Below, piece by piece: positions 9,134 through 18,875 of a stretch of DNA of 64,000 bases; within the stretch, counting starts at the first letter, position 1, and every line of letters starts with the position of its first letter. A program made the position numbers and the translations under genes. Source of the stretch: Bacteroidales bacterium (lineage in GTDB: Bacteria > Bacteroidota > Bacteroidia > Bacteroidales > TTA-H9); the NCBI GenBank assembly GCA_049969475.1, contig JBMFOU010000002.1:72271-136270 (forward strand), in the 5' to 3' direction. Below the pieces are notes generated by a model that did no database searches, was not told where the DNA came from, and worked only from the letters and a program-made list of their open reading frames with translations.

Positions 9134-10505
9134 CCTGTTCGAGCCAGCCTCCACTAAACCCAGCCTTGCGGAGTCCGGCAATGATGTAGGGATTTTTTTT
9201 CAAGATATTCCAAATCAACTCATTTTGGTAATTCTGGATTTGGATTACAATGGGTCCTTGGTCAATGCCCAGATAATCTCCATCGAACCATCCTTGTTCG
9301 TTGCCCTTTCCATAAGTAAAAAGCGGATTGAAGGCATCTTTGAACCCATACTTATCATAAATCCGGGAGCCATAAGTGTTATACATTCCCCGAAGGGCAG
9401 CAATGCATTCTTTTGGAGCAAAGGGAATAGACCCTCCGGCAGCCGTGGGAGCTATCGTACCATCATCTACCTGGTAATTAGCTGCTGCTCCACGGGCCGA
9501 ATAACCCATAATTTGCAGTTCCCTGCCTTGATGTAGGACGACGGTATCGCGAGGACCATCGCAAGCAGTGAGTCCCCACACCGAGTCGTTGTAGTGCGGG
9601 AAACGGTCTTTCACACTCAGACAATAAGCCCGGTTTGCAAGTGTAGCCCGGCGCGAGTTTTCAAAATAATCGATACCCCTGCTTCGCATGTACTCATCCT
9701 GAATTCCCCTGAAATCGATGAACATGTGGCTGTATTGATGGCCAAAGAGTGGACCAAAATTAACGTGCGGATAACCCATGAAATCTGCCCAAAGATAGGG
9801 TTGTACCCAGCTTTGCCAGGCTTGCGAAGGTATGGGATGGGTAGGCGAAGCCATTGCCATAATATTCAGCACCATCGCCTCGTTGTACCCAATCCACCAG
9901 GCAGGAATAAAACCTTTCTCAGGATGCCACCCCATACTCAGTGCCTGTTTGTCTTTATCATACATCCAGTCCCACTCGACCGCCAGATAAAGTTCTTCGG
10001 CAAGCTTGCGTATTTCGGCCTCGACAGCATTATCGGCATCAAAATAACTCATGCAGGTAAGAATACCCGCCATGAGTAGCCCTGTATCGATCGACGATAA
10101 TTCAACCTGCTTGAAACGCTGACCGGTTTTCATTTCAAGAAAATGATAGAAAAAGCCCCGATAACCGGCTTTACCCTCAGATTCAGGCCCCTGAGGTAAG
10201 TTTTTAAAGTAACGTAACGATTTTAACACCCATCCGGCTGCTTCCTGACGGCTCACCCAACCATTTTCTACTCCGACTATCCAGGCGGCGTAACCGAAGC
10301 CTTGAGCAGCAATGCTCGAAAAGGAAGGTGTTGGCCAACGATCGGGGATAAGGGTGGTGACCGGGTCGGCTGTTTCCTTAAAATACAAAAAAGAACGCTT
10401 TTGAACGTCCTTCAGCGAGAAGGCCGGAAGTTCCTGAGGGGCCTTCTGTGAAGTGCCACATGCTACAGTAAACAGTACGATAAAGGCAAGAATGGACTTT
10501 GACAT
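9123..10505 (-). CDS. GH144-like glucoamylase-family lipoprotein (putative beta-1,2-glucan hydrolase)
   Basis: 460 aa with lipoprotein signal MSKSILAFIVLFTVAC. It shows 'VEWDWMY..GWHPEKGF..GYNEAMVLNIMAMASPTH', 'FKDAFN' and 'YLGIDQGPIVIQIQNYQNELIW', the same family signature as 1577-3418. It lacks the Fn3-like module and the T9SS CTD. Its 3' end overlaps the regulator 3' end by 11 nt (convergent). Confidence 0.7.
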   Translation of the reverse strand: MSKSILAFIVLFTVACGTSQKAPQELPAFSLKDVQKRSFLYFKETADPVTTLIPDRWPTPSFSSIAAQGFGYAAWIVGVENGWVSRQEAAGWVLKSLRYFKNLPQGPESEGKAGYRGFFYHFLEMKTGQRFKQVELSSIDTGLLMAGILTCMSYFDADNAVEAEIRKLAEELYLAVEWDWMYDKDKQALSMGWHPEKGFIPAWWIGYNEAMVLNIMAMASPTHPIPSQAWQSWVQPYLWADFMGYPHVNFGPLFGHQYSHMFIDFRGIQDEYMRSRGIDYFENSRRATLANRAYCLSVKDRFPHYNDSVWGLTACDGPRDTVVLHQGRELQIMGYSARGAAANYQVDDGTIAPTAAGGSIPFAPKECIAALRGMYNTYGSRIYDKYGFKDAFNPLFTYGKGNEQGWFDGDYLGIDQGPIVIQIQNYQNELIWNILKKNPYIIAGLRKAGFSGGWLEQAKP

Positions 10506-10621
10506 AATAGCTTGATAATTAATGCACAGAAATTAAGAATCCAGGATTCTGCAAAGAAAGAAAAAAACTTTCACCCTGTCTGCATTATTACTGCATAGAT
10601 AGGGCTTAAAGGCAAAATGGA

Positions 10622-10629
10622 TACCTTTG
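10622..10629 (+). promoter_or_regulatory. -7 promoter box (TACCTTTG) upstream of tsaD
   Basis: tacctttg matches TAnnTTTG and lies 21 nt upstream of the GTG start at 10651. Confidence 0.45.
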
Positions 10630-10650
10630 TAGAAAAATTTAAAACGTTCA

Positions 10651-11673
10651 GTGAAGGAAATTTATATTCTGGGAATTGAATCTTCGTGTGACGATACCTC
10701 GGCAGCCGTTTTAAAAAACGATGAACTGTTGAGCAATATTATAGCCAATCAGGAGGTACATCGTAAGTTTGGTGGCGTGGTACCCGAGTTAGCCTCGCGG
10801 GCGCATCAGCAAAGCATCATACCCGTAGTTGATCAGGCCATCAAGGAGGCTGGCATCACGCCCACCGATATCGGGGCCATAGCCTTCACCCGGGGTCCTG
10901 GATTGCTGGGCAGCCTGCTGGTAGGGGTTTCGTTTGCCAAGGCCTTTGCCCTGGCCCGCCAAATTCCCATGATGGAAGTTGATCACATGCAGGCCCACGT
11001 GCTTGCCCATTTTATCAGAAAGCCAGGCAAAGAATTCCGCACACCCGAGTTTCCTTTTTTATGCCTTACAGTTTCTGGCGGACACACACAGATTGTGCGG
11101 GTGGATGATTATTTTAGCATGAGTGTCCTGGGAAAAACCATTGACGATGCAGCCGGTGAAGCCTTCGACAAGGCAGCCAAAATCATGGGCCTACCCTACC
11201 CTGGAGGTCCTGTAATTGATCGCCTGGCCAACCAGGGAAACCCAACTGCTTTCTCGTTTGCCAAACCTTCAGTCCCTGGACTGGATTTCAGTTTCAGCGG
11301 ACTAAAAACCAGTATGCTTTATTTCCTGCGCGACCGATTGAAAGAAGACGAGCTCTTCATCGAAAAACATAAAGCCGACCTCTGCGCCTCGCTTCAGCAC
11401 ACTATTATAGAGATTTTGTTGGAAAAACTTATACTGGCAGCCCGGCAAACGGACATACGTCAGATTGCAGTGGCCGGAGGTGTTTCGGCCAATTCCGAAC
11501 TGCGCAGCACCCTTATGGAAGAAGGCCGAAACAGAGGCTGGGAAGTTTATATTCCCGAATTTGCCTTCACTACCGATAATGCCGCTATGGTTGCCATCAC
11601 CGGGTACCTAAAATATCAACGGGGTCTTTGGGCCAGCCAGGATTTGGCGCCCTATGCCCGGGGTAGCATGTAA
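10651..11673 (+). CDS. tsaD: tRNA N6-adenosine threonylcarbamoyltransferase TsaD (Kae1/Gcp)
   Basis: 340 aa. 'ILGIESSCDDTSAAV', 'HQVHRKFGGVVPELASRAH' and 'VSGGHTQ' are hallmark TsaD motifs. GTG start. Confidence 0.93.
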   Translation: MKEIYILGIESSCDDTSAAVLKNDELLSNIIANQEVHRKFGGVVPELASRAHQQSIIPVVDQAIKEAGITPTDIGAIAFTRGPGLLGSLLVGVSFAKAFALARQIPMMEVDHMQAHVLAHFIRKPGKEFRTPEFPFLCLTVSGGHTQIVRVDDYFSMSVLGKTIDDAAGEAFDKAAKIMGLPYPGGPVIDRLANQGNPTAFSFAKPSVPGLDFSFSGLKTSMLYFLRDRLKEDELFIEKHKADLCASLQHTIIEILLEKLILAARQTDIRQIAVAGGVSANSELRSTLMEEGRNRGWEVYIPEFAFTTDNAAMVAITGYLKYQRGLWASQDLAPYARGSM

Positions 11674-11684
11674 AAAGTAAAACC

Positions 11685-12770
11685 ATGAAAAGAGTGCTGG
11701 TGGCTCCGCTCAACTGGGGCTTGGGACACGCCACCCGTTGTGTTCCTCTTATCGAAAAAATTTCAGCACTGGGCGCCGAGGTAGTATTGGCCGGTTATGG
11801 TGCCGTATACGATTTTTTTCTCAAGCGCTTTCCCGACTATCCTCTCATCCTGCTCCCAGACCATATCGTTAGCTATCAGGCCAGGGGCAGGCAACTCATG
11901 CTGCCGGTTATTAAGGGCCTGCCGGGTTATGCGCTCAGCCTTTATCGCGAGCATCAGGCACTTCATCCCATCATAAAAAAATATTCAATAGGATTTGTGG
12001 TGTCTGACAATCGTTACGGAATGTGGCATCCGGAAGTTCCCTCGGTACTTATAACGCATCAGATCAACATAAGGGTCAATGGGCTTTGGAAAGCAGGTAC
12101 ACCGCTTCTACGCACCATCACTCAATGGTTCTTTAGCCATTTTCAGGAAATCTGGATACCCGATTTCCCTTCATGGCCCGGCCTGGCCGGCCAACTCTCA
12201 CACCCCCAAAAACCCTCTCCGCATTTCAGATATATCGGTCCTTTGTCGAGATTTAAACAGCCTGCACCCGTAGCTGAAAACCCCACTTACGATTTCCTGG
12301 CCCTACTATCTGGCCCCGAACCCCAGCGAACGATTCTTGAAAACATTTTCATCCGTATTTTCCTCAACGGCCCAGGGAAAACCATACTTCTCAGAGGAAT
12401 TCCAGGCAATGGAGATATCATACAAAAATCGCCTTACCTGACTCTTGTTCCCCATTTATCTGATGATGAGTTGTTTCAACTTATCCGGCAGTCAAGGCAA
12501 ATCATTTGTCGCTCTGGCTATTCAAGTCTGATGGATCTTTATGTCCTGCAAAGGGGTGCTGTGCTGGTACCTACCCCCGGCCAACCTGAGCAGGAATATC
12601 TGGCCCGACTACATAACCAGCAACCCGGTTTCAGAGTTTTTACCCAACAAGAAATCGAGGTTCTTGGGCCAGAGGACCTTATAGCTTCTTCCAACGAAAC
12701 TCGTAGTACTTATCCCGACAACTCATCCGCGCTTGAGGATGCATGCCATTCCATCTTACTTTACCTGTAA
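11685..12770 (+). CDS. glycosyltransferase, MurG/GT28-like (UDP-sugar dependent)
   Basis: 361 aa. The N-terminal 'VLVAPLNWGLGHATRCVPLIEKISALGAEVVLAG' is typical of GT-B GT1/GT28-type transferases. The C-terminal 'CRSGYSSLMDL..G..LVPTPGQPEQEYLA' is the nucleotide-sugar binding half. Confidence 0.65.
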   Translation: MKRVLVAPLNWGLGHATRCVPLIEKISALGAEVVLAGYGAVYDFFLKRFPDYPLILLPDHIVSYQARGRQLMLPVIKGLPGYALSLYREHQALHPIIKKYSIGFVVSDNRYGMWHPEVPSVLITHQINIRVNGLWKAGTPLLRTITQWFFSHFQEIWIPDFPSWPGLAGQLSHPQKPSPHFRYIGPLSRFKQPAPVAENPTYDFLALLSGPEPQRTILENIFIRIFLNGPGKTILLRGIPGNGDIIQKSPYLTLVPHLSDDELFQLIRQSRQIICRSGYSSLMDLYVLQRGAVLVPTPGQPEQEYLARLHNQQPGFRVFTQQEIEVLGPEDLIASSNETRSTYPDNSSALEDACHSILLYL

Positions 12771-12822
12771 GTAATGTTTGATAAATAATAAAATTGGAAA
12801 TTTGTAAACCAAATCTACCCCG

Positions 12823-13626
12823 ATGCTGCTTCAATACATACATTGGAATCCTGATCCAGTAGCTTTTTCGCTGGGCTTTATCCACGTAAGATGGTATGGA
12901 CTGCTTTTTGCCCTACCTTTTGCCGTGGGTTATTATATTATGCGCGACATGTTTCGGCGCGAAAACCAGCCCCTGCAACACCTCGATACCCTGCTCACTT
13001 ACATAGTAATCGGTACGGTGGTGGGAGCCCGGCTGGGACATTGCCTTTTTTACGAGCCCGAGGTTTACCTGTCTGATCCCATCCGTATCCTTAAGATTTG
13101 GGAAGGAGGACTGGCTAGCCATGGTGCGGCCATAGGCATAATTATTGCCTTATTTCTATTTTCCCGAAAAACTCAAATTCCGTTTGGGTGGGTGGCCGAC
13201 CGACTGGCAATACTTGTGGGTTTGGCGGGCTTAACTATTCGTACAGGTAACCTTTTCAACAGCGAGATTTACGGCAAACCGACGAATGTTCCCTGGGCTT
13301 TTATTTTCGAGCGAGTGGACGAAATTCCCCGACATCCCACTCAGATTTATGAAGCCCTTTCCTATTTCGCCGTATTTCTTTGGATGTACTGGATATATCG
13401 CAATCGCATGCGCAAGGGCAATACCCTTAAAACGGGCTGGATGATGGGAATGTTGCTTGTTCTGGTTTTTACACTCCGTATTCTGATCGAGTTTCTTAAG
13501 GAACCCCAGGTGGGTTTCGAACAGCACATGATACTCAATATGGGGCAATTGCTCAGCATTCCATTTATTGCCGTGGGTATTTTTTTAATGCTTCGCAACA
13601 CCTCTTCAAACCCCAAAATAAGATAG
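12823..13626 (+). CDS. lgt: prolipoprotein diacylglyceryl transferase
   Basis: 267 aa polytopic membrane protein. 'IRWYGLLFA', 'GARLGHCLFYEP', 'IWEGGLASHGAAIG' and 'PTQIYEAL' are Lgt signature blocks. Confidence 0.9.
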   Translation: MLLQYIHWNPDPVAFSLGFIHVRWYGLLFALPFAVGYYIMRDMFRRENQPLQHLDTLLTYIVIGTVVGARLGHCLFYEPEVYLSDPIRILKIWEGGLASHGAAIGIIIALFLFSRKTQIPFGWVADRLAILVGLAGLTIRTGNLFNSEIYGKPTNVPWAFIFERVDEIPRHPTQIYEALSYFAVFLWMYWIYRNRMRKGNTLKTGWMMGMLLVLVFTLRILIEFLKEPQVGFEQHMILNMGQLLSIPFIAVGIFLMLRNTSSNPKIR

Positions 13627-13627
13627 C

Positions 13628-14260
13628 ATGGTTTACGACTTAACGCATCTTATAAGAGAAGACATACAGGTGTGGCCAGGAACTCCGGGTCCTCGCATCG
13701 AGGAACTCTTTTCTGTGGACACCCATAGATTTATGGAATCCGGGCTACATCTGGTATCGCACACCGGAACCCACATGGATGCACCCGCCCACATGCTCAA
13801 AAACGGCCTCACGCTCGACCGATTTAACATCAGCGCTTTCACAGGTATAGCCTTAAAAATAGATTTGACACACCGCCTCTGGGTTATAGAGGAAGAAGAC
13901 CTGGCAGTGCTGCAAAACCCTGGTTTTAAAGTGGATTGGGTGCTCCTGCATACAGGCTGGAGCCGCTACTGGGGACATCCGGCCTATTTCGGTCCCTTCC
14001 CCGTGCTTACAGAAAAAGCAGCAAAATTCTTGACAGGATTATACCTCAAAGGAATTGCCATCGATGCCCCTTCTTTCGACACCTTCGATAGTACCGACTA
14101 TCCCAATCATCTTTGCTTATTGGGAAATAATATTTTACTGGTGGAGAATTTACGAGGTCTGGAGCCTCTGCCCGCAGGGCGAATGATTGGATTTTCAGCC
14201 CTACCGCTTCATTTCCGCAATGCCGACGGAGCGCCGGTAAGGGCAATGGCAGTCATCTGA
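13628..14260 (+). CDS. cyclase-family protein (arylformamidase/kynurenine formamidase-like)
   Basis: 210 aa. 'SHTGTHMDAPAHM' (the HxGTHxDxPxH metal site) plus 'LLVENL' are typical of the putative-cyclase/KynB fold. Confidence 0.75.
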   Translation: MVYDLTHLIREDIQVWPGTPGPRIEELFSVDTHRFMESGLHLVSHTGTHMDAPAHMLKNGLTLDRFNISAFTGIALKIDLTHRLWVIEEEDLAVLQNPGFKVDWVLLHTGWSRYWGHPAYFGPFPVLTEKAAKFLTGLYLKGIAIDAPSFDTFDSTDYPNHLCLLGNNILLVENLRGLEPLPAGRMIGFSALPLHFRNADGAPVRAMAVI

Positions 14261-15464
14261 GATTAGCCTTCCATACCCGCAGGAAATTTCCACTCCAGAT
14301 TTTTTGAATATCAGTGTCGGAATATCCCCTATGGATCAGCTCCTGGGTGATTTTCCACATTTGCGACACGTCGATGCAGTCGCTCAATCCCCCACCTCCA
14401 TCGAAATCGCTGCCAATACCCACATGATCGATGCCTGCCACTTTTACAATATAATCAATATGATCCACTAGGTCGCTCACGGTAGCCAGAGGACGGGGAA
14501 AGCGCTCCTCCATTTGCATGCGTGCAGCCCGGGCTTCGGCCAAAGTAGCCTCATCCAGCTGGCTCATATCGGGATAACGGCTTTCCCAAGCCTTAAGGGC
14601 TGAATCGCGAGCCAGGTCGGGAGGAAAACTTTTCACATAATCGCTAAGCAGGCATACCTGAATTACTCCGCCATTTGCAGCCAATGCCTTCAGCATATTG
14701 TCGGTAAGATTACGCGGATGATTACAAAGGGCTCTTGCATTGCTATGACTGGCTATTACCGGTTTGGAAGTAATTTTTAGCACGTCATAAAACGCCTCAT
14801 CAGAAATATGTGAAACATCGATCATTATTCCCAACCGGTTCATTTCCGCAACCACTTCCTTCCCGAAAGGGGTCAGACCCAAAGCTGATGACTGGTCGGT
14901 AGAAGCATCACAAAGTTGGTTGTTTCTTGTGTGGCTCAGGGTGATATAACGAGCTCCCTTATCGTAAAACTGCTTTACCCGACGGATATCCTGACCCAAA
15001 GGATAACCATTTTCCACCCCAATGACAATCGAAAGCCTTCCTTTTTCAGCGTTTTCCCTTAATTGCGCCGGATGCGTGGCCAAAGCCAGTTTATCAGGAT
15101 GAGCGGATACCATCTGGTGAATAGCATCGAAGAGATTCATTGCCTGCGCATAGGCTTTAGCGTAACCCAGCGAGTCGGTTCTTCCCTGGGGCGTAAAAAC
15201 AGCCATAAACACTGCATCGAGCCCCCCCTCTTCCATGCGGGGAAAATCTACCTTACTTCCCCTTTTCCCCCGATTATCGGCCATAAAATCGAATTCCTCT
15301 CTTACCAGCCGCAAAGGGGTGTCGGTATGCGAATCAAGCGTCAGGAGCCTTCTATGAAAATCCTTTATGCTGGAAACATCGGTAGATTGCGCCCAGAGCC
15401 CTGAAACAAATGTAAATGAAGCAATAAGACAGAAAATACTTTTATTCATACCCAAAAAATTCAT
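14253..15464 (-). CDS. membrane dipeptidase (peptidase family M19)
   Basis: ORF 14253-15545. Start placed at ATG 15464 (MNFLGMNKSIFCLIASFTFVSGLWA signal peptide). 'LDSHTDTP', 'GARYITLSHTRNNQL', 'GIMIDVSHISD', 'ASHSNARALCNHPRNL' and 'GIGSDFDG' are M19 renal-dipeptidase motifs. Confidence 0.88.
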   Translation of the reverse strand: MNFLGMNKSIFCLIASFTFVSGLWAQSTDVSSIKDFHRRLLTLDSHTDTPLRLVREEFDFMADNRGKRGSKVDFPRMEEGGLDAVFMAVFTPQGRTDSLGYAKAYAQAMNLFDAIHQMVSAHPDKLALATHPAQLRENAEKGRLSIVIGVENGYPLGQDIRRVKQFYDKGARYITLSHTRNNQLCDASTDQSSALGLTPFGKEVVAEMNRLGIMIDVSHISDEAFYDVLKITSKPVIASHSNARALCNHPRNLTDNMLKALAANGGVIQVCLLSDYVKSFPPDLARDSALKAWESRYPDMSQLDEATLAEARAARMQMEERFPRPLATVSDLVDHIDYIVKVAGIDHVGIGSDFDGGGGLSDCIDVSQMWKITQELIHRGYSDTDIQKIWSGNFLRVWKANLR

Positions 15465-15559
15465 CGCCTGCAAGTTAGGAATAGTAGCGCACTTGCAATA
15501 GCCTACTGCCATCCTATGCACATAAATAGCCAACAGCCGAAGCAAAAAGTCATTCTTCC

Positions 15560-15567
15560 TACCTTTG
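15560..15567 (+). promoter_or_regulatory. -7 promoter box (TACCTTTG)
   Basis: tacctttg lies 22 nt upstream of ATG 15590. Confidence 0.45.
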
Positions 15568-15589
15568 CCTCCTCACCCAACCTATCGCT

Positions 15590-16768
15590 ATGGAACTCAT
15601 TGCTGTCACCAACCGTAAAACAGCGAGTTTGTTTCTCGATGTAGCCCGCGTTCTATACCCAAACGACGAAAAGTGGGTATGCCCACCCGACATGCTGATT
15701 AATAATATTTTTGACCCTAGGGTGAATGTATTTTTTAGCCATGGAGAAGCCACCCGTTGGATATTAATGCACCAGGGCCAACTGATAGGCCGGGTGGCAG
15801 CCTTCATCAATCATAAGAAGGCGTGGGCTGGCGAATATCCGGTAGGTGGCATGGGATTCTTTGAATGTATTAATAATCAGGAAGCGGCCAATCTATTGTT
15901 TGATGCTTGTCGCGATTGGTTGCAACAGCGGGGCATGAAGGCCATGGATGGACCTATCAATTTCGGGGAAAACGACAACTTCTGGGGCCTGCTTGTGGAA
16001 GGCTTTACCCAGCCAGGATTTGGAATGAACTACAATCCGCCCTATTATAAAAAGTTATTCGAAACTTATGGTTTTCAACGTTACTATAGCCAGGTAACCA
16101 AGCATCTCGACATTCATGCCCCGTTTTCTGAGCGATTCTGGAAGGTAGCCGATTGGATTCTTAAAAAGCCTGAATTTACTTTTCGTTCACTCGATCTAAA
16201 AGAGATTGAGAAATTTGCAGCCGACTTCAAAAAAGTGTATGACGAGGCCTGGCAATGGCATGAGAATTTTACACCTATAGAAATAGGCACGCTTATTAAA
16301 ACTTTTAAAGAAAACCGCCTCATCATCGATCCCGGACTTATCTGGTTTGCTTACCACCGGGGAGAACCTGCCGGATTTCTGGTCGTTTTTCCCGATCTTA
16401 ATCAACTCATCAAACCCTTCAAAGGCAAGCTTAACCTTTTCAATAAGATCAGGCTGCTTTATCGCTTAAAAACTCACAAGCTCGACAGGGCTCGTATGAT
16501 TATTTTTGGGGTTGCCCCTCGGGTGCAACGCTACGGGGTAGATGCTGGCATGATATGGCACCTGAATGAAGCCATGAAAAAACGGCGCTGGTATCGCGAA
16601 CTCGAAATCAGCTGGGTTGGAGATTTTAATCCTAAAATGCAGGCCATGCTCGAAGCAGTGGGAGGGGTGAAGGCGAAAGAACACTGGACCCTTCGAAAAC
16701 TTTTCGACCCCAGCCTTCCTTTCCGCCCTGCTCGCGAAATTCCCAGGGATACCCGTGTGATCGAATGA
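15590..16768 (+). CDS. GNAT-like N-acetyltransferase family protein (about 390-aa Bacteroidota type), function unknown
   Basis: 392 aa. The N-terminal pattern 'LY..D..WV.P......IF.P..N.FF.HGEA..W......G.LIGRVAAFI' matches a family I know only as 'GNAT family N-acetyltransferase' in Bacteroidota. No substrate inference is possible. Confidence 0.45.
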   Translation: MELIAVTNRKTASLFLDVARVLYPNDEKWVCPPDMLINNIFDPRVNVFFSHGEATRWILMHQGQLIGRVAAFINHKKAWAGEYPVGGMGFFECINNQEAANLLFDACRDWLQQRGMKAMDGPINFGENDNFWGLLVEGFTQPGFGMNYNPPYYKKLFETYGFQRYYSQVTKHLDIHAPFSERFWKVADWILKKPEFTFRSLDLKEIEKFAADFKKVYDEAWQWHENFTPIEIGTLIKTFKENRLIIDPGLIWFAYHRGEPAGFLVVFPDLNQLIKPFKGKLNLFNKIRLLYRLKTHKLDRARMIIFGVAPRVQRYGVDAGMIWHLNEAMKKRRWYRELEISWVGDFNPKMQAMLEAVGGVKAKEHWTLRKLFDPSLPFRPAREIPRDTRVIE

Positions 16769-16872
16769 CTACAAATTATTTACTTGTCATCTCTTAGACT
16801 TTAGCCAAAAAATCTTTTAAATAAAATTCGCTTTTTCTACCCTGTTTTTGTTGTTTCCTTGAATACTCTTGG

Positions 16873-16880
16873 TATTTTTG
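16873..16880 (+). promoter_or_regulatory. -7 promoter box (TATTTTTG) for BNR paralog 1
   Basis: tatttttg lies 30 nt upstream of ATG 16911. It falls inside the ORF-track 5' extension (16869), which argues for the ATG 16911 start. Confidence 0.5.
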
Positions 16881-16910
16881 AAGCGTCAAAATAAAAAACC
16901 TATTGTCATT

Positions 16911-18764
16911 ATGAGGAAATTTACACTTGTAGCATTGTGCATGCTCGTGGTAGGTGCCGTGATGGCCCAAAGTACCCGGGTAAAACTGAATGGCAGCACC
17001 ATTGCAGTTAAGAAAGAAAAAGCTATTTCTGAGGGTGTTAGCCCCGTAAAGGAAGTTACCCCTTTTGTTAATCCTGCCACAGATGTAATTGAAGAAGATC
17101 TGGGCACTACTAATTACGACCTTCAGTCCAACTCCTGCTCACCCTACGGCCGTTTGTATGTTTATCCGGATGGAACGAAAGCTGGTGTATGGACTATAGG
17201 TAAAAATCCCACCGCCTATCCTGATCGTGGAACAGGTTACAACTATTACAACGGAACCCAATGGGGTCCTGATCCCACTGCAAGAATTGAAACCGTAAAA
17301 ACCGGATGGCCTTCTTATGCACCGTGTGGACCAAACGGTGAAATTGTAATTGCTCACCAGAGTGGAACCAAAGGTCTGTGGGTAGCTAAACGCGAAAACA
17401 AAGGTACGGGCACATGGACAGAAAAAGAGCTTGCTGCTCCCGCAGGTGCTTCCGGTTTACTTTGGCCTCGAATGATATCCACCGGCCCCGATCACAACAC
17501 CATTCACGTTATTGCGCTTACTGCTCCTACTGCTAATGGTGGAACTGTTTATCAGGGCCTTGACGGTGCTGTGATTTATTGCAAATCAGAAGATGGGGGA
17601 GAAACCTTTGGCCAATGGCAGCTCTTCCCTGAACTTTCCAGTTCCTACTATCTTGGTTTTGGCGGTGACTCTTACAGTTTCCTCATCCCCTATGAAAACC
17701 ATATTGCCTTTGTTATTGCTGATAATGACAAAGACCTTATTATCATGCATTCAGCTGATAATGGTGATACCTGGGAAAAAACCATCGTTTGGGAACACCC
17801 CTATCCCTTCTTTAGCAGCTCCATGGTTACCGACAAATTCTATTGTCCCGATGGTTCTGCACATGGCGCCATCGACAAATATGGTAGAATTCATTTGGCC
17901 TTTGGTGTCAATAGGGCTTATTCCGATGGCTCAGGCTCTTTTTGGTTCCCCTGGGTGGACGGTGTAGCTTATTGGAATAGCGATATGCCTACCTGGCTGG
18001 GTGGCGACACCAGTGCCCTCAATCCGGATACCCTTTACAACCATGGAAACCTTATCGGTTGGATGCAGGATATCAATGGAAACGGAGAATTAGACCTTGT
18101 CTCCCTGGGTGGTGGTTACTCGCTCTACTACCTCAGCCCCACCTCCATGCCTCAGTTAATTTATGACAATGAAAACGATATTCTCTACTGTGCTTTTGTA
18201 AGCGTAACTGAAACCTTCAACAACGGCACGCAGGACTACCGCCATATCTGGGCCAGAATCTCCTACGACAATGGAGCTACCTGGGGTGATTTCATTGACC
18301 TTACCGGCGGCATTTTCCATATCTTCGACGAATGTGTTTTCCCCTCTATCAGCCCAACCTTTGACAACGGACGCCCTGCTCTCATCTACCAGCGCGACAA
18401 CGAACCCGGTCTCTCTGTTAGGGGCGACAGCGATCCTCCAACAACCAACTACATTACTTACATGGTGATTGATAATTATGTGGGTGTAAATGATAGCCAG
18501 AAAACCAATATCAACGTGAGCCAAAACTATCCTAACCCAGCCCACGGACTCACCCGCGTTATGGTTAATACCAATGCAAATACCAACCTGAGCCTCACCC
18601 TGACCAATCTTGCCGGCCAAAAAGTGATGGAAATCAACAAAGGTCAGGTGAACGCCGGTACTCATATCTTCGATATCAACACCCATGGCCTTACTCCTGG
18701 CATTTACTTCTACACCGTGAATGCAGGCACACAAAAGACCACACTCAAAATGATGGTTAAATAG
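16911..18764 (+). CDS. T9SS-secreted BNR/Asp-box beta-propeller protein, paralog 1 (sialidase-superfamily fold, function unknown)
   Basis: Start at MRKFTLVALCMLVVGAVMAQS (signal peptide). Asp-box (SxDxGxTW) repeats: 'SEDGGETFGQW', 'SADNGDTWEK', 'SYDNGATWGD'. The C-terminal 'NYPNPAHGLTRVMV...GIYFYTV...KMMVK' is a type-A T9SS CTD. Confidence 0.75.
   Translation: MRKFTLVALCMLVVGAVMAQSTRVKLNGSTIAVKKEKAISEGVSPVKEVTPFVNPATDVIEEDLGTTNYDLQSNSCSPYGRLYVYPDGTKAGVWTIGKNPTAYPDRGTGYNYYNGTQWGPDPTARIETVKTGWPSYAPCGPNGEIVIAHQSGTKGLWVAKRENKGTGTWTEKELAAPAGASGLLWPRMISTGPDHNTIHVIALTAPTANGGTVYQGLDGAVIYCKSEDGGETFGQWQLFPELSSSYYLGFGGDSYSFLIPYENHIAFVIADNDKDLIIMHSADNGDTWEKTIVWEHPYPFFSSSMVTDKFYCPDGSAHGAIDKYGRIHLAFGVNRAYSDGSGSFWFPWVDGVAYWNSDMPTWLGGDTSALNPDTLYNHGNLIGWMQDINGNGELDLVSLGGGYSLYYLSPTSMPQLIYDNENDILYCAFVSVTETFNNGTQDYRHIWARISYDNGATWGDFIDLTGGIFHIFDECVFPSISPTFDNGRPALIYQRDNEPGLSVRGDSDPPTTNYITYMVIDNYVGVNDSQKTNINVSQNYPNPAHGLTRVMVNTNANTNLSLTLTNLAGQKVMEINKGQVNAGTHIFDINTHGLTPGIYFYTVNAGTQKTTLKMMVK
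17700..18763 (+). repeat. copy A of a 1,064-bp perfect direct repeat (3' half of BNR paralog 1)
   Basis: Identical to 19704-20767 at a constant offset of 2,004 bp. The left boundary is fixed by mismatches at 17699/19703 and the right boundary by 18764/20768 (TAG vs TAA stop). The encoded protein tails and the antisense shadow ORFs (18156-18734 = 20160-20738) are letter-identical. I spot-checked the nucleotides at several positions. Confidence 0.9.
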
Positions 18765-18788
18765 GCACTTTGAATTTTTATTTCAAAA

Positions 18789-18821
18789 AGAGAGCCCATT
18801 CGACGTGGCTCTCTTTTTTTT
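18789..18821 (+). terminator. intrinsic terminator after BNR paralog 1
   Basis: Stem agagagcc (18789-18796) / ggctctct (18807-18814) with a 10-nt loop, followed by a T run at 18815-18821. Confidence 0.7.
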
Positions 18822-18875
18822 GTTATGTGGAGGTATGAAATTTAAAGCTAATTTGGATTTTATATAAAAAATCAC

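Noticed and set aside
9123-14260. Convergent 3'-end overlaps: regulator with GH144-like gene (9123-9133, 11 nt) and cyclase with dipeptidase (14253-14260, 8 nt).
   Set aside because: Short convergent overlaps are common in compact genomes. There are no hairpins or other signals suggesting antisense regulation.
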